From Eubacteriales bacterium (GTDB lineage Bacteria > Bacillota > Clostridia > Oscillospirales > CAG-382), in contig JAZTXY010000098.1 of NCBI GenBank assembly GCA_045636665.1, positions 1-51,537 on the forward strand: DNA of 51,537 nt. The letters are read 5' to 3'. Below are positions 1 to 9,970 of this stretch, piece by piece (position 1 is the stretch's first letter; the number at the start of each line of letters is the position of its first letter). The position numbers and the translations under genes are program-made. The notes under the pieces were generated by a model. That model was given only the letters and a program-made list of their open reading frames with translations. It had not been told where the DNA came from and did no database searches.

Positions 1-235
1 CGTGTCGTTGCTTTCGCTTTACGACAAGGAATACAAAGACATTAAGCTGTATAAGTTCGGGCCCTTCAAAAGCGGAATTTATAAGGTTATGGGAAGGTAC
101 CGACAGCGTATAATTATAAAATACAAAGACAATGCAAGGACGCGCGAATTTCTTTCGGCACTGCTCGCCTTGGGCTTAAAGACGGCACCAAAGGGCGTCA
201 GAGTCGAGCTTGACGTAAACCCTGCATTGATTTAG
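1..235 (+). CDS. priA: Primosomal protein N' (3' end, partial)
   Basis: C-terminus GP...GRYRQRIIIK...VELDVNP resembles PriA and sits immediately upstream of def-fmt, the canonical order; truncated by the window start. Confidence 0.8.
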   Translation, partial: VSLLSLYDKEYKDIKLYKFGPFKSGIYKVMGRYRQRIIIKYKDNARTREFLSALLALGLKTAPKGVRVELDVNPALI

Positions 236-252
236 ATAATTGGAGTGATTTT

Positions 253-726
253 ATGGCAATTTTGAATATTATCAAGGAAGGCGATCCTGTACTTCGTAAA
301 AAATGCAGACCCGTTGAAGAGATCACACCGAGAATATTACAGTTGCTTGACGATATGCACGATACCCTTGAAAAGGCTCAGGGTGTCGGACTCGCCGCAC
401 CTCAGGTTGGTGTTTTGAGAAGAATCGTCATCGTTGAGATTGAAGATAAAAAATACGAAATGATCAATCCCGAAATTATCGAAACAAAAGGCAAGCAAGA
501 AGAAATCGAGGCGTGCCTTTCGGTTCCCGAAAAATTCGGGCTTGTAAAACGTCCTCAATGGGTAAAGGTGCGCGCTACCGACAGAAACGGCAAGGTTTAT
601 GAGGTTTCGGGCAACGGACTTATGGCAAGATGCTTTTGCCACGAGCTTGACCACTTGGACGGCACGCTTTATATTGATAAGGCGATTGAAATGTACGATG
701 CAGACGATATTGAGGATGCGGAATGA
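253..726 (+). CDS. def: Peptide deformylase
   Basis: GVGLAAPQVG, EACLS (variant of EGCLS) and HELDH motifs; RBS GGAGTG. Confidence 0.97.
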   Translation: MAILNIIKEGDPVLRKKCRPVEEITPRILQLLDDMHDTLEKAQGVGLAAPQVGVLRRIVIVEIEDKKYEMINPEIIETKGKQEEIEACLSVPEKFGLVKRPQWVKVRATDRNGKVYEVSGNGLMARCFCHELDHLDGTLYIDKAIEMYDADDIEDAE

Positions 727-1649
727 AGATAGTTTTTATGGGCACACCCGATTTTGCAATCGCTTCGCTTGAAGCAATTTACGAATCGGGACACGAAATT
801 GCATTGGTGGTTACACAACCCGACCGTCCCAAGGGTCGCGGCTATACCCTTACTCCGTCGCCCGTTAAGCAGTATGCGCTTGATAAAGGTATTGAGGTTA
901 TCGCACCCGAAAGCTTAAAGGACGAATCGGTTTTGGAAAAATTGAGAAGCACCGATGCTGATATTTTTCTCGTTACCGCATACGGCAGAATCTTAAAAAA
1001 AGAAGTTCTTGATATGCCCAAAATCGGTTGCTTTAACGTACACGCTTCGCTTCTTCCCTATTGGAGAGGCGCGGCACCGATTAACCGCGCGATTATGAGC
1101 GGTGATACGCTTGGCGGAGTAACTTTGCAATTTATGGCAGAGGGCGTTGATACGGGCGATATTGCTCTTATGAAGGAGCTTGCAATCGAAGATTCTTGGT
1201 GCGCAGGCGATTATCACGACGCGTTGATGGCTTTGAGCAAGGATGCGGTTAGCGAATTTCTTGAGTTCGCAAGCAAAAATGAAATTCCCAGACGCGAGCA
1301 AGAGCACGAAAAAGCAACACACGCGGCAAAAATTGGCAATGACGATGCTTACCTTACCTTTGACGAAAGCGCGCGTGACGTCAGAAACAGAATCAGAGGC
1401 TTATCGCCGTTTCCGGGTGCGTTTTTCTTCCTTAACGGCAAAAGAATCAAGGTCAGAAGCGCAGAGCTCGGCGAGGGCGAGGGCATTGTCGGAACGGTTA
1501 TTTCGACCGATAACGGCGGAATCGAAATCGCTTGTAAGACCGGCAGTGTAATTCTTACCCGTATATGTCCCGAGGGCAAGGGCGTTTGCGACTGCGCAAG
1601 CTATTTACGCGGAAATAAGATTGAAATCGGAACTAAGGTAAATGAGTGA
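723..1649 (+). CDS. fmt: Methionyl-tRNA formyltransferase
   Basis: MKIVFMGTPDFA, VVTQPDRPKGRG, NVHASLLP..RGAAPI; ATGA overlap with def. Confidence 0.97.
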   Translation: MKIVFMGTPDFAIASLEAIYESGHEIALVVTQPDRPKGRGYTLTPSPVKQYALDKGIEVIAPESLKDESVLEKLRSTDADIFLVTAYGRILKKEVLDMPKIGCFNVHASLLPYWRGAAPINRAIMSGDTLGGVTLQFMAEGVDTGDIALMKELAIEDSWCAGDYHDALMALSKDAVSEFLEFASKNEIPRREQEHEKATHAAKIGNDDAYLTFDESARDVRNRIRGLSPFPGAFFFLNGKRIKVRSAELGEGEGIVGTVISTDNGGIEIACKTGSVILTRICPEGKGVCDCASYLRGNKIEIGTKVNE

Positions 1650-2871
1650 TAAAGCGAGATTGGCGGCATTTAATGCGGTAAAGCGCATTAATAACGGCGC
1701 ATTTTCGAATTTAATATCGGTAGGAAGCGATATCGACGGGCTCGACCGCGCGTTCGCGGAAAGCATTGCGCTCGGCACCCTTGAACGGAAAATTACGCTT
1801 GAATACGTTCTTACCGACTCGATGCGTGAAAACACAAAAAACGATATTAAGCTTCTTATTATGACGGGCGTTTATCAAATCCTTTATATGGACCGAGTGC
1901 CCGACAGCGCCGCTTGCGATGAAACGGTTACGATTGCAAAAGCCATTTTCGGCAGTAAATCCGCAGGGTTTGTTAATGCGGTTTTGCGTAATATTTGCCG
2001 AAATAAAGAAGATATTTACAAAAAGATAGAAAATGCAAAGGGCCATATTAAGTATTCGGTAAACGAAGAGCTTTTTGACCTTTTGTCAAGCCAGTATCCC
2101 GATTGCTACGGTGAAATTTTCAATGCGTTTTTCGGTAAATTGCCCTTGTTTTTAAGAGTCAACACTCTTAAAAGCAATGCAAAACAGGTTGCCGAAAGAG
2201 TTTGCGGTGAAATTTTAGGCGACACGACGGTTATGTGCAAGAATTCATCCGTTGGGTTGAGCTTGATTGAAAGCGGTGAATTTTACGTACAAGGTCTTGC
2301 GTCGCAAACGGCGGTAAAATGGCTTGACGCTCAAAGCGGACACACGGTTATCGACGTTTGTGCCTGCCCCGGCGGAAAAACGCTCGGCGCGGCTATTGAT
2401 ATGCAAAGCAAAGGTTGTATTTATTCGTTTGATTTGCACGCAAACAAGCTTCCGCTTATTGAAAAAAGCGCGTCGATTCTCGGCATTGATATCATTCATA
2501 CCGAAAAGCACGATGCGAAAACCGCAAAGGATAATTTGATCGGCACAGCCGACCGCGTTATATGCGACGTACCCTGCAGCGGTACTGGCGTTATGGGCAG
2601 CAAGCCCGAAATTAAATATAAATCGCCCAAGGATTTTTCGGGCCTTTATGCTACGCAAAGGGCGATAATCGAATCGGCATCGAAATATCTTAAGGTCGGC
2701 GGTGTGATGGTTTATTCCACCTGCTCGATAAACAAGCTTGAAAACGAAGATATTGTCGGCGACTTTATTGATAAAAATGCCAATTACAAACTGATTGAAG
2801 ATAAAACTTTCCTTCCTTTTTCAGAAGCAAAAGAAGGGTTTTATATGGCAAAGATTATACGGGAGTATTAA
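1642..2871 (+). CDS. rsmB: 16S rRNA m5C967 methyltransferase RsmB/Sun
   Basis: NusB-like N-terminus (FVNAVLR), DVCACPGGK, DVPCSGTG, VYSTCS. Confidence 0.95.
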   Translation: MSDKARLAAFNAVKRINNGAFSNLISVGSDIDGLDRAFAESIALGTLERKITLEYVLTDSMRENTKNDIKLLIMTGVYQILYMDRVPDSAACDETVTIAKAIFGSKSAGFVNAVLRNICRNKEDIYKKIENAKGHIKYSVNEELFDLLSSQYPDCYGEIFNAFFGKLPLFLRVNTLKSNAKQVAERVCGEILGDTTVMCKNSSVGLSLIESGEFYVQGLASQTAVKWLDAQSGHTVIDVCACPGGKTLGAAIDMQSKGCIYSFDLHANKLPLIEKSASILGIDIIHTEKHDAKTAKDNLIGTADRVICDVPCSGTGVMGSKPEIKYKSPKDFSGLYATQRAIIESASKYLKVGGVMVYSTCSINKLENEDIVGDFIDKNANYKLIEDKTFLPFSEAKEGFYMAKIIREY

Positions 2872-2874
2872 ATT

Positions 2875-3906
2875 ATGACGTTTGATCTGCTTTCAATGTT
2901 TCCCGAGGAGTTAAGCGCCATGTGCGTTGACTTGGGAGAACCGAAATACAGAGGAAAACAGATTTTCGAAGGACTTTACAAGGGTGCGAGAGATATTAAC
3001 GAATTTTCGTCCTTACCGAAGTCTTTCAGGGAAAAGCTTGGAGAGTCGGCTTTTATCCCGACCGCAAAGATAAGAAGAAAGCTTGTTTCTTCTATCGACG
3101 GCACAGTTAAATATCTTTACGAGCTACACGACGGCGAAACGGTTGAAAGCGTTTTTATGCGTTATCATCACGGCAATACGATGTGTATTTCAACTCAGGT
3201 GGGTTGCCGAATGGGTTGCGCGTTTTGCGCGAGTACAAAAGCAGGGCTTGTGCGTTCGCTTGCACCGTCCGAAATGCTTTTGCAGATACTTGAAGCGGAA
3301 CGCGACCTTAACGAGCGTGTTTCAAACATTGTGCTTATGGGTATGGGCGAGCCGCTTGATAACTATGACAACGTTATGAAGTTTTTGCGTTTGGTCAATC
3401 ACGAAAGCGGTTTGAATATCGGTCTTCGGCATATTTCGCTTTCCACCTGCGGTCTTGTTGATAAAATCGACCGTCTTGCTGACGAGGGATTGCCTATCAC
3501 ACTTTCGATTTCGCTCCATGCGCCCAACGATGACATCCGCAAGCAGACTATGCCGATTGCTAACAAATGGTCTGTAAAGGCGCTTTTAGACTCTTGCAGA
3601 AGGTACATTGACAAGACGGGCAGACGAATTTCATTCGAATATGCGCTTATTGACGGCGTAAACGATTCAAAAGAACACGCTAACGAGCTTGGCCGACTTC
3701 TTTCGGGAATGCTTTGCCACGTTAATCTTATTCCCGTTAATCCGATTAAGGAAAAAAACTTTAAAAGAAGCGAAAAAAATGCCATAAAGGTATTTACAGA
3801 AACGGTTGAAACATATAAAATAAGCGTAACGGTACGACGCAGATTGGGTTCTGACATCAATGCTTCGTGCGGACAGCTGCGTGCCGAAGAAAACGACAAA
3901 AAATAA
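2875..3906 (+). CDS. rlmN: 23S rRNA m2A2503 radical-SAM methyltransferase
   Basis: CISTQVGCRMGCAFCAS (CxxxCxxC), MGMGEP, C-terminal ASCGQL. Confidence 0.97.
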   Translation: MTFDLLSMFPEELSAMCVDLGEPKYRGKQIFEGLYKGARDINEFSSLPKSFREKLGESAFIPTAKIRRKLVSSIDGTVKYLYELHDGETVESVFMRYHHGNTMCISTQVGCRMGCAFCASTKAGLVRSLAPSEMLLQILEAERDLNERVSNIVLMGMGEPLDNYDNVMKFLRLVNHESGLNIGLRHISLSTCGLVDKIDRLADEGLPITLSISLHAPNDDIRKQTMPIANKWSVKALLDSCRRYIDKTGRRISFEYALIDGVNDSKEHANELGRLLSGMLCHVNLIPVNPIKEKNFKRSEKNAIKVFTETVETYKISVTVRRRLGSDINASCGQLRAEENDKK

Positions 3907-3927
3907 CAAAAAGGAGGAGAAACGGCT

Positions 3928-4683
3928 TTGAAATACGGTGCTAAAACCGACGTCGGTATGAAAAGAAAAAATAATCAAGACAGCTTTGCCGTCTTCTCTA
4001 AAAGCGGTTATTTCTGCGCTGTCGTTTGTGACGGAATGGGCGGTGCAAAGGGCGGTAATATTGCAAGCGGTTTAGCGGTTAAAAACTTTGCTACCGTTAT
4101 CAAAAAGGCGTTTTCCGCAAGAAGTGCCGATGATTTTTCCGAACAGGATGTAAAAATTCTTATGAAGGAAGCGCTGGATGCCGCAAACGATGCGGTTTAC
4201 AGAAAATCGCTTTCCGAGCCCGAATATGAGGGTATGGGCACAACTCTTGTCGCAGTTTTGGTTTGTCTTTGCGGTACATTCGCATTAAACGTCGGCGACA
4301 GCCGAATTTACCGACAGACCGACGGTGTTATTCAGCAGGTATCAAAAGACCACTCGTTTGTTCAGTATCTTATAGATAAGGGCGAAATAACACAAGAGGA
4401 AGCGGCAACACACCCGAACAAAAACATTATTTTAAGAGCATTGGGTGTTAACGAAACCGTCGAGGGTGATTTTTTCAGAATCGATAATTATCACAGAATT
4501 TTGCTTTGTACAGACGGTTTGACCAACCACGTTTCCAACGACCGTATCGGTGAAATCATAATGGGAGCTTACGCTTCCAAGCGACCGTCTTACAAATCGC
4601 GCACCGATATGCTTATTGCAGAGGCAAATACAAACGGCGGACTTGATAATATTACTGCAGTACTTTTTGGCGGCGAAAAATAA
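3928..4683 (+). CDS. stp: PP2C-family Ser/Thr phosphatase (Stp1/PrpC)
   Basis: RKNNQDS, VCDGMGG, GMGTT, NVGDSR, LCTDGL, GGLDNIT; TTG start after AGGAGG. Confidence 0.95.
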   Translation: MKYGAKTDVGMKRKNNQDSFAVFSKSGYFCAVVCDGMGGAKGGNIASGLAVKNFATVIKKAFSARSADDFSEQDVKILMKEALDAANDAVYRKSLSEPEYEGMGTTLVAVLVCLCGTFALNVGDSRIYRQTDGVIQQVSKDHSFVQYLIDKGEITQEEAATHPNKNIILRALGVNETVEGDFFRIDNYHRILLCTDGLTNHVSNDRIGEIIMGAYASKRPSYKSRTDMLIAEANTNGGLDNITAVLFGGEK

Positions 4684-4737
4684 AAAACCGCAAAATCTTA
4701 TAAAAATCGTACTTAGTGCACGAAAGGAAAACCTACT

Positions 4738-6999
4738 ATGAATAGATACGAAGGGTTTGTAGGAAAAGTTCTTGACGGCAGATATAAAATACTTGAATTA
4801 GTCGGTATGGGCGGAATGGCTTGTGTTCTTAAGGCACAAGACCTTGTTATGAACCGTATTGTAGCCATTAAGATTCTTAATGACGAATATAACGGCAACC
4901 AACAAGCCGAAGCAAGATTTATCGACGAATCAAAAGCTGTTGCAATGCTTTCCAACAAAAACATCGTAAATGTATTTGACGTTGCGATATATCCCGATAT
5001 TAAATATATCGTTATGGAATACCTCGACGGCATTACATTACGTGAATACCTTGACAACAAGGGCGCTATTTCGTGGAAAGAAGCTTGTATTTACATTCTT
5101 CAAATCCTGCGTGCGCTTGAACATGCACACAGCAAGGGTATTATTCACAGAGATATTAAACCGCAAAACGTAATGCTTATGAAGAACGGTGACATTAAGG
5201 TTACCGATTTCGGCATTGCCAAGCTTCCCAATTCGGTTTCCGACAACAAGGACGAAAAGGCAATCGGTACGGTTTATTACATCTCGCCCGAGCAGGCATG
5301 CGGTAAAGAAACCGATTATTATTCCGACCTTTATTCTGTCGGTATTATGTTTTATGAAGCGGTAACGGGCACACTTCCCTTCACCGCGGAAACTCCTATG
5401 GAGGTTGCGATGATGCAGGTAAATGATGACCCTGTTCATCCGAGAGATATTATTCTCGACGTACCTGTCGGAGTTTCGCAAATCATCCTTAAAGCGATGG
5501 AAAAGTCGCCTTCCGACAGATTCCAATCGGCGCATACCATGGCAAAGGCAATCGAATGGGTGCTTCGCAATCCCGACGTTATTTTTGCGATGAACCCCAA
5601 CGCCGCAGAAGAGGGCGCGGGAAAAAGCAGTATCGTTTCGATAGATATGATCTCCACTGCCGAAATCGAGCCCTACGGTGATGAAGAAATCGCTGATTCA
5701 CTTGGTAAAAAAGCAAGCGGAAAGTCGAATGCAAACGGCGGCGCAGGTAAAAAGACTTCGCCCAATGCAAACGGAAAAGCCGCGCAAAAGAAGAAAAAGA
5801 AGAGAAAGAAAATCAGCCGTTCGATGTTCCCGATTATCGCAGGCGTTGCAATTCCCTTCTTTATTGTAACTCTTATACTCGCTATAATGCTCGTTACGCC
5901 CGTGCTTGAAAGTATTTTCTCGCAAGGCGATGACAGTATTGAAATTACCTATCCCGACCTTACCGGCAAGCTTTACACCAACACGCTCGCAAACGATTTG
6001 CGTAACGGAAAATACGGAGCTAAGTTTATTGTCGGTGAAATCATTTACGACAGCCGCGACGACGTTGAAAACAATATGATTCTTGCAACCGAGCCTGCAG
6101 GCGGTCATATTAGTAAAATCTCATCGGGCGGACAGCTCGAATTCGATTCGATAACCATCAACCGCTCTAAAAAAGTTATTATTCCCAAGGTTATGGGTAT
6201 GCCCAAGACCTCGGTTACTATGCTTTTAAAGAACCTTGAGCTTGCTTGTGTTTTCGAAGAAGTTGCAGATAACGAAAATCCTTATTATCACAACGGTCAG
6301 GTTATCGGAACCTTCCCTCCCGAAGGAACGGAAACGAAGGTCGGCGATACCATTACCGTTTACGTTTGTTCTAAAACCTCGTCAACAAACACTGCGAAAT
6401 TACCCGATTTGATCGGTATGACCGAGCTTGAAGCTATTAAGTTCGCAAAAACTTACGCAGGATATGAGGTTGCTGTTGAATATCTCGAAGTGATTGACGG
6501 CAACAACACGGTTTTGAGTCAGAGCATTAACGCAGGCACGATAAGTCCCAAAGGCACGATAGTAACAATTACAATCGGCGTTATGCCCACGGGTCTGCCC
6601 AATTTTGTCGGCTTTACCCCCGAAGAAGCGCAGGCAATGCTCATTGCAGCGGCACCCGATAAACAGATTCAGCTTTATACCCGTTATTTCACCGCAAACG
6701 TCGCTAACAAAGAATATATTGAAGCAGCGCGTGTGCAATATGGCGATAATTTGATTATGTTTATTGACACCTTATTGCGTCTCGGATGCGTAAACACTCT
6801 TGAATATGACGGCACGAGCACGGTATTTTACCAAAGCATTCCCGCAGATACACCCATAACAGCCGAAATTGTCGGTGTTGATTTGATAGTCATTCAATAC
6901 ACTGCCGATATTAGCGGTCCCGACGTTTCCGGTGATCCTTTGGACAACAGCAACGTTATCATCGAAAACAGCAACACAGAGGGTGGTTTTTGGGGTTAA
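4738..6999 (+). CDS. prkC: PASTA-domain Ser/Thr protein kinase (PrkC/PknB)
   Basis: GxGGMA, VAIK, HRDIKPQN, DFG, YISPEQ; poly-Lys then a TM helix; PASTA-like repeats (YPDLTG, IPKVMG, LPDLIG, LPNFVG). Confidence 0.95.
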   Translation: MNRYEGFVGKVLDGRYKILELVGMGGMACVLKAQDLVMNRIVAIKILNDEYNGNQQAEARFIDESKAVAMLSNKNIVNVFDVAIYPDIKYIVMEYLDGITLREYLDNKGAISWKEACIYILQILRALEHAHSKGIIHRDIKPQNVMLMKNGDIKVTDFGIAKLPNSVSDNKDEKAIGTVYYISPEQACGKETDYYSDLYSVGIMFYEAVTGTLPFTAETPMEVAMMQVNDDPVHPRDIILDVPVGVSQIILKAMEKSPSDRFQSAHTMAKAIEWVLRNPDVIFAMNPNAAEEGAGKSSIVSIDMISTAEIEPYGDEEIADSLGKKASGKSNANGGAGKKTSPNANGKAAQKKKKKRKKISRSMFPIIAGVAIPFFIVTLILAIMLVTPVLESIFSQGDDSIEITYPDLTGKLYTNTLANDLRNGKYGAKFIVGEIIYDSRDDVENNMILATEPAGGHISKISSGGQLEFDSITINRSKKVIIPKVMGMPKTSVTMLLKNLELACVFEEVADNENPYYHNGQVIGTFPPEGTETKVGDTITVYVCSKTSSTNTAKLPDLIGMTELEAIKFAKTYAGYEVAVEYLEVIDGNNTVLSQSINAGTISPKGTIVTITIGVMPTGLPNFVGFTPEEAQAMLIAAAPDKQIQLYTRYFTANVANKEYIEAARVQYGDNLIMFIDTLLRLGCVNTLEYDGTSTVFYQSIPADTPITAEIVGVDLIVIQYTADISGPDVSGDPLDNSNVIIENSNTEGGFWG

Positions 7000-7877
7000 T
7001 GGAAAAAGAAGGATTGATACTTTCCGGTGTTAACGGACTTTATACAGTCGAATCGGGGAATCAAACGTTTTATTGCCGTTCAGGCACAAGGGTACGCAAA
7101 AATGATGGAAAAATAGTCGCGGGCGACAAAGTTTTGTTCCGCGATAACGGCGACGAGCAGGGATTTATTACTTCCCTGCTCCCGAGAAAAAACTTTTTGG
7201 TGCGTCCGCCTGTCGCAAATATCGATTTGCTTTGTATGGTGGTTGCTCCGAAGGACCCTGCGCCTTATCTTTATAACATCGACTTACTTACAGTCCTTGC
7301 GGAAAAGAACGGCATTGAATGCGCTGTAATCATTTCAAAAAGTGACCTTGCGGATTGTGCGGAAATTAGCGAAATTTACAGCAAAACCAATTATTCTGTC
7401 ATAAAAACCTGTGCTAAAACCAACGAAGGAATTGAAGAAGTACGCAAGCTTCTAAACGGAAAAATTTGTGTTTTTTGCGGTGCATCGGGCGTTGGCAAAT
7501 CAACGCTTATTAACGCGCTTTATCCTTTTCTTGAATTGGAAACCGGCGAGCTTTCCGAAAAGATTGCACGCGGAAAAAACACAACGCGCACAACCAAGCT
7601 TTTCCCGTTGGGCAACGGCACTTATCTTGCAGACACACCCGGCTTCACGGCAGTAAATACTGAGTTGTATTGCGAGATTGACCACAAAGAATTGCATAAC
7701 CTATTCCCCGAATTTGCAGAATTTGAAGTCGATTGCAGATATGCAGACTGCACTCACACAAAAGAAACGGAGTGCGGCGTCGCAGATGCGGTTGCTGATG
7801 AAAAAATTGCAAATTCAAGACACGAAAGTTTTAAGAAATTATACTACGAGCTGAAAAGCATCGATAGGTATAAGTGA
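6999..7877 (+). CDS. rsgA: Ribosome small subunit-dependent GTPase A
   Basis: RPPVANID, SKSDL, GASGVGKST, GKNTT, DTPG, CxxxxCxHxxxxxC Zn finger; ATG overlaps the prkC stop (TAATG). Confidence 0.95.
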   Translation: MEKEGLILSGVNGLYTVESGNQTFYCRSGTRVRKNDGKIVAGDKVLFRDNGDEQGFITSLLPRKNFLVRPPVANIDLLCMVVAPKDPAPYLYNIDLLTVLAEKNGIECAVIISKSDLADCAEISEIYSKTNYSVIKTCAKTNEGIEEVRKLLNGKICVFCGASGVGKSTLINALYPFLELETGELSEKIARGKNTTRTTKLFPLGNGTYLADTPGFTAVNTELYCEIDHKELHNLFPEFAEFEVDCRYADCTHTKETECGVADAVADEKIANSRHESFKKLYYELKSIDRYK

Positions 7878-7890
7878 TTTGGAGGATATT

Positions 7891-8526
7891 ATGTTTATCG
7901 GATTTTATTCACTGGCAAACACGGTAACGCTGTTTGGTCTGATATCATCGGTAACCGCTTGTTTCCTTGCGGCTAACGGAAATATTAAATTCGCAATTTA
8001 CATGTTGTTTCTTGCTTGTCTTTGCGATACGTTTGACGGCAAAATTGCCCGTTCAAAGCCCAATCGAACCGCCCACGAAAAGTTTTACGGCGTTCAGCTT
8101 GACAGCCTTTGCGACACCGTAAGCTTTGGTGTTACACCGTGTGTAATCGCCTACAATTTCGGTTTTGACGGTTGGTTTGACGTGCTTGTATATTGCTTCT
8201 TCATCGCTTGCGGTACTATCAGACTTGCTTATTTCAACACCTTGTCCTTTAAGAATCAAGGCAAGCCGATGAATACCTTCCGCGGTATTCCGATTCCTAT
8301 GTCAACTGTAGTTATAAGTGCTTTGTTCGTGCTTACAACGTTTATCCCCGCTTCGGCTACTGTTTGGATTTTCAGAATCGCACTCGTTGCTCTTGCATTG
8401 GGATTTGTTTTGAACATAAAGGTCAAAAAGCCCGATATGAAATCGGGAGCAATATTCCTCGGTATTCAAATTCTTCTTTTGCTTATCCTCCTTATCTTGG
8501 GCGATTGCCAAGCACCTACAGTTTAA
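7891..8526 (+). CDS. pssA: CDP-alcohol phosphatidyltransferase (phosphatidylserine synthase-like)
   Basis: DTFDGKIAR...GVQLDSLCD signature, RLAYFN, FRGIPIP; RBS GGAGG before ATG 7891. Confidence 0.8.
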   Translation: MFIGFYSLANTVTLFGLISSVTACFLAANGNIKFAIYMLFLACLCDTFDGKIARSKPNRTAHEKFYGVQLDSLCDTVSFGVTPCVIAYNFGFDGWFDVLVYCFFIACGTIRLAYFNTLSFKNQGKPMNTFRGIPIPMSTVVISALFVLTTFIPASATVWIFRIALVALALGFVLNIKVKKPDMKSGAIFLGIQILLLLILLILGDCQAPTV

Positions 8527-8530
8527 AAAC

Positions 8531-8563
8531 AAAAAGAGTCGGGTTTACCGGCTCTTTTATTTT
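8531..8563 (+). terminator. Intrinsic terminator of the priA-pssA operon
   Basis: AAAAGAGTCGG-loop-CCGGCTCTTTT hairpin followed by a T-rich tract. Confidence 0.75.
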
Positions 8564-8583
8564 ATACAAATAATTTTAAATAT

Positions 8584-8616
8584 AAAAAAGCTCCGAAATT
8601 TCGGAGCTTTAATTTT
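8584..8616 (-). terminator. Intrinsic terminator of the M23 peptidase gene
   Basis: Perfect inverted repeat AAAGCTCCGAAA/TTTCGGAGCTTT with an A6 run on the left (U tract on the minus strand). Confidence 0.75.
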
Positions 8617-9764
8617 TATTCGTAATCTACAAATATCAAGGGGTTAACGATTTCGCCGTCAACACGAACCTCGAAGTGGAGGTGAGGTCCGGTAGAATTA
8701 CCGGTACTGCCGATCTTACCGACTTCATCACCTGCTTTAACAACATCGCCAACCTTAACGCTTATAGAGGTGAAGTGTGCGTAAAGGGTTTGGATGCCGT
8801 TACCGTGATCAACGATAACACAGTTGCCGTATCCGCCGTACTTATCTGCTCTAACAACAACACCGTCAGCAGCCGCATAAGCAGGATCGCCTTTGCAGGG
8901 ACCGTCGTGTGCTACGATATCGATACCGTTATGGGTTCTGCCCCATCTGGGTCCTACGTAGGAAGTAATTTGTCCGTCGTAGGGTTTTTGGAAAGTACCG
9001 AGCGACGCAACGGTTTTGCCGCCTGCGCGAGTACCTACTTGAACAACTTCAGCCGTGGGGGCTGTGATAACGTCAAGAGAAACAACATTCTTTTCGGATT
9101 GGACACCGTCAACAGAAACTACTCTGTAAGTTTGCTTACCCTCGCCGTTATATCCTTTAGAGATAACCTTTTGTGCGCCATCCTTGAGCGCATCGGTATA
9201 AACGGTTTTAGATTCGTATTCAAGAGTAATTGTTTCGGTAAAGGTTTCAACCGAGCAAACCGAAAGGGTTACGGGAAGAACCACACCGTTGTAATCACTT
9301 ACGGATTCGGAAACGTAGGAAGTGCTTTTTTTACCTAACATCGAAGCAAGACCCTCGGAATCGGTATAAGCTTCTTCGGGATATTCGCCGTAAATAACTT
9401 CAACCTTATTGTTGAAATAAACCTCTTCGGCAGAAGAAATGCCGAGAGAAGAAACGCGGATAGAAAGGATTTCGGTAAGAACGAAATTCGCTTCAGCTTC
9501 GGAATCGATTGCCGCTACGAAGCAGCCGTCAACGTAAACACCGTTACCGAAAAGCTTGCCGTCTTCGGAAACAAGAGCTTCCTCCTTGGAGACGGTTTCA
9601 TTGGATGTAGATTTCTCGGAAGAAATAGCTTCTTCGGAAATATCATCGCTGTTATTGCCTGCGAAAGCAAACACAGAACAAAGCGCCAAAGCAAACACTA
9701 AAACGGAAACTAACACTATTCGGTTTTTCTTAAGGAATCCAAGGATTCCGGATAAGTGCGCCAC
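8616..9764 (-). CDS. Membrane-anchored G5-domain M23 peptidoglycan endopeptidase
   Basis: N-terminal hydrophobic helix, G5-like segment (KGYNGEGKQTYRV...EVVQVGT), M23 motifs HNGID, YAH, STGPHLHFEV; GTG start after GGAGG. Confidence 0.9.
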   Translation of the reverse strand: MAHLSGILGFLKKNRIVLVSVLVFALALCSVFAFAGNNSDDISEEAISSEKSTSNETVSKEEALVSEDGKLFGNGVYVDGCFVAAIDSEAEANFVLTEILSIRVSSLGISSAEEVYFNNKVEVIYGEYPEEAYTDSEGLASMLGKKSTSYVSESVSDYNGVVLPVTLSVCSVETFTETITLEYESKTVYTDALKDGAQKVISKGYNGEGKQTYRVVSVDGVQSEKNVVSLDVITAPTAEVVQVGTRAGGKTVASLGTFQKPYDGQITSYVGPRWGRTHNGIDIVAHDGPCKGDPAYAAADGVVVRADKYGGYGNCVIVDHGNGIQTLYAHFTSISVKVGDVVKAGDEVGKIGSTGNSTGPHLHFEVRVDGEIVNPLIFVDYE

Positions 9765-9844
9765 TGGAATAGTCCTCCGATTAAACTTCTCATTGGTTTA
9801 TCAGCAAATGCCAAGATTCGCCATATAAACCCAATTATGCATCC

Positions 9845-9873
9845 ATTATATAACAAAAATATCTTTTTGTCAA
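9845..9873 (-). promoter_or_regulatory. SigA promoter of the M23 gene
   Basis: TTGACA-N17-TATAAT, perfect consensus on the minus strand. Confidence 0.85.
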
Positions 9874-9894
9874 GCAATAATTTTCGAAAAGCTA

Positions 9895-9923
9895 TTGAAA
9901 AACCAAGGCTTTGGTTGTATAAT
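9895..9923 (+). promoter_or_regulatory. SigA promoter of ilvE with a palindrome in the spacer
   Basis: TTGAAA-N17-TATAAT; the spacer contains AACCAA-GGCT-TTGGTT. Confidence 0.7.
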
Positions 9924-9970
9924 CATCTTGTAAATTTATAATTTTCTCTTAAAACGAAAGGATTTTTAAA

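Noticed and set aside
505..525. Inactive peptide deformylase because of EACLS
   Set aside because: The metal ligands (Cys, HExxH) and motif 1 are intact and the gene is in the canonical def-fmt position.
9879..9893. CodY box upstream of ilvE (AATTTTCGAAAAGCT)
   Set aside because: Needs a gap and mismatches against AATTTTCWGAAAATT in an AT-rich region.
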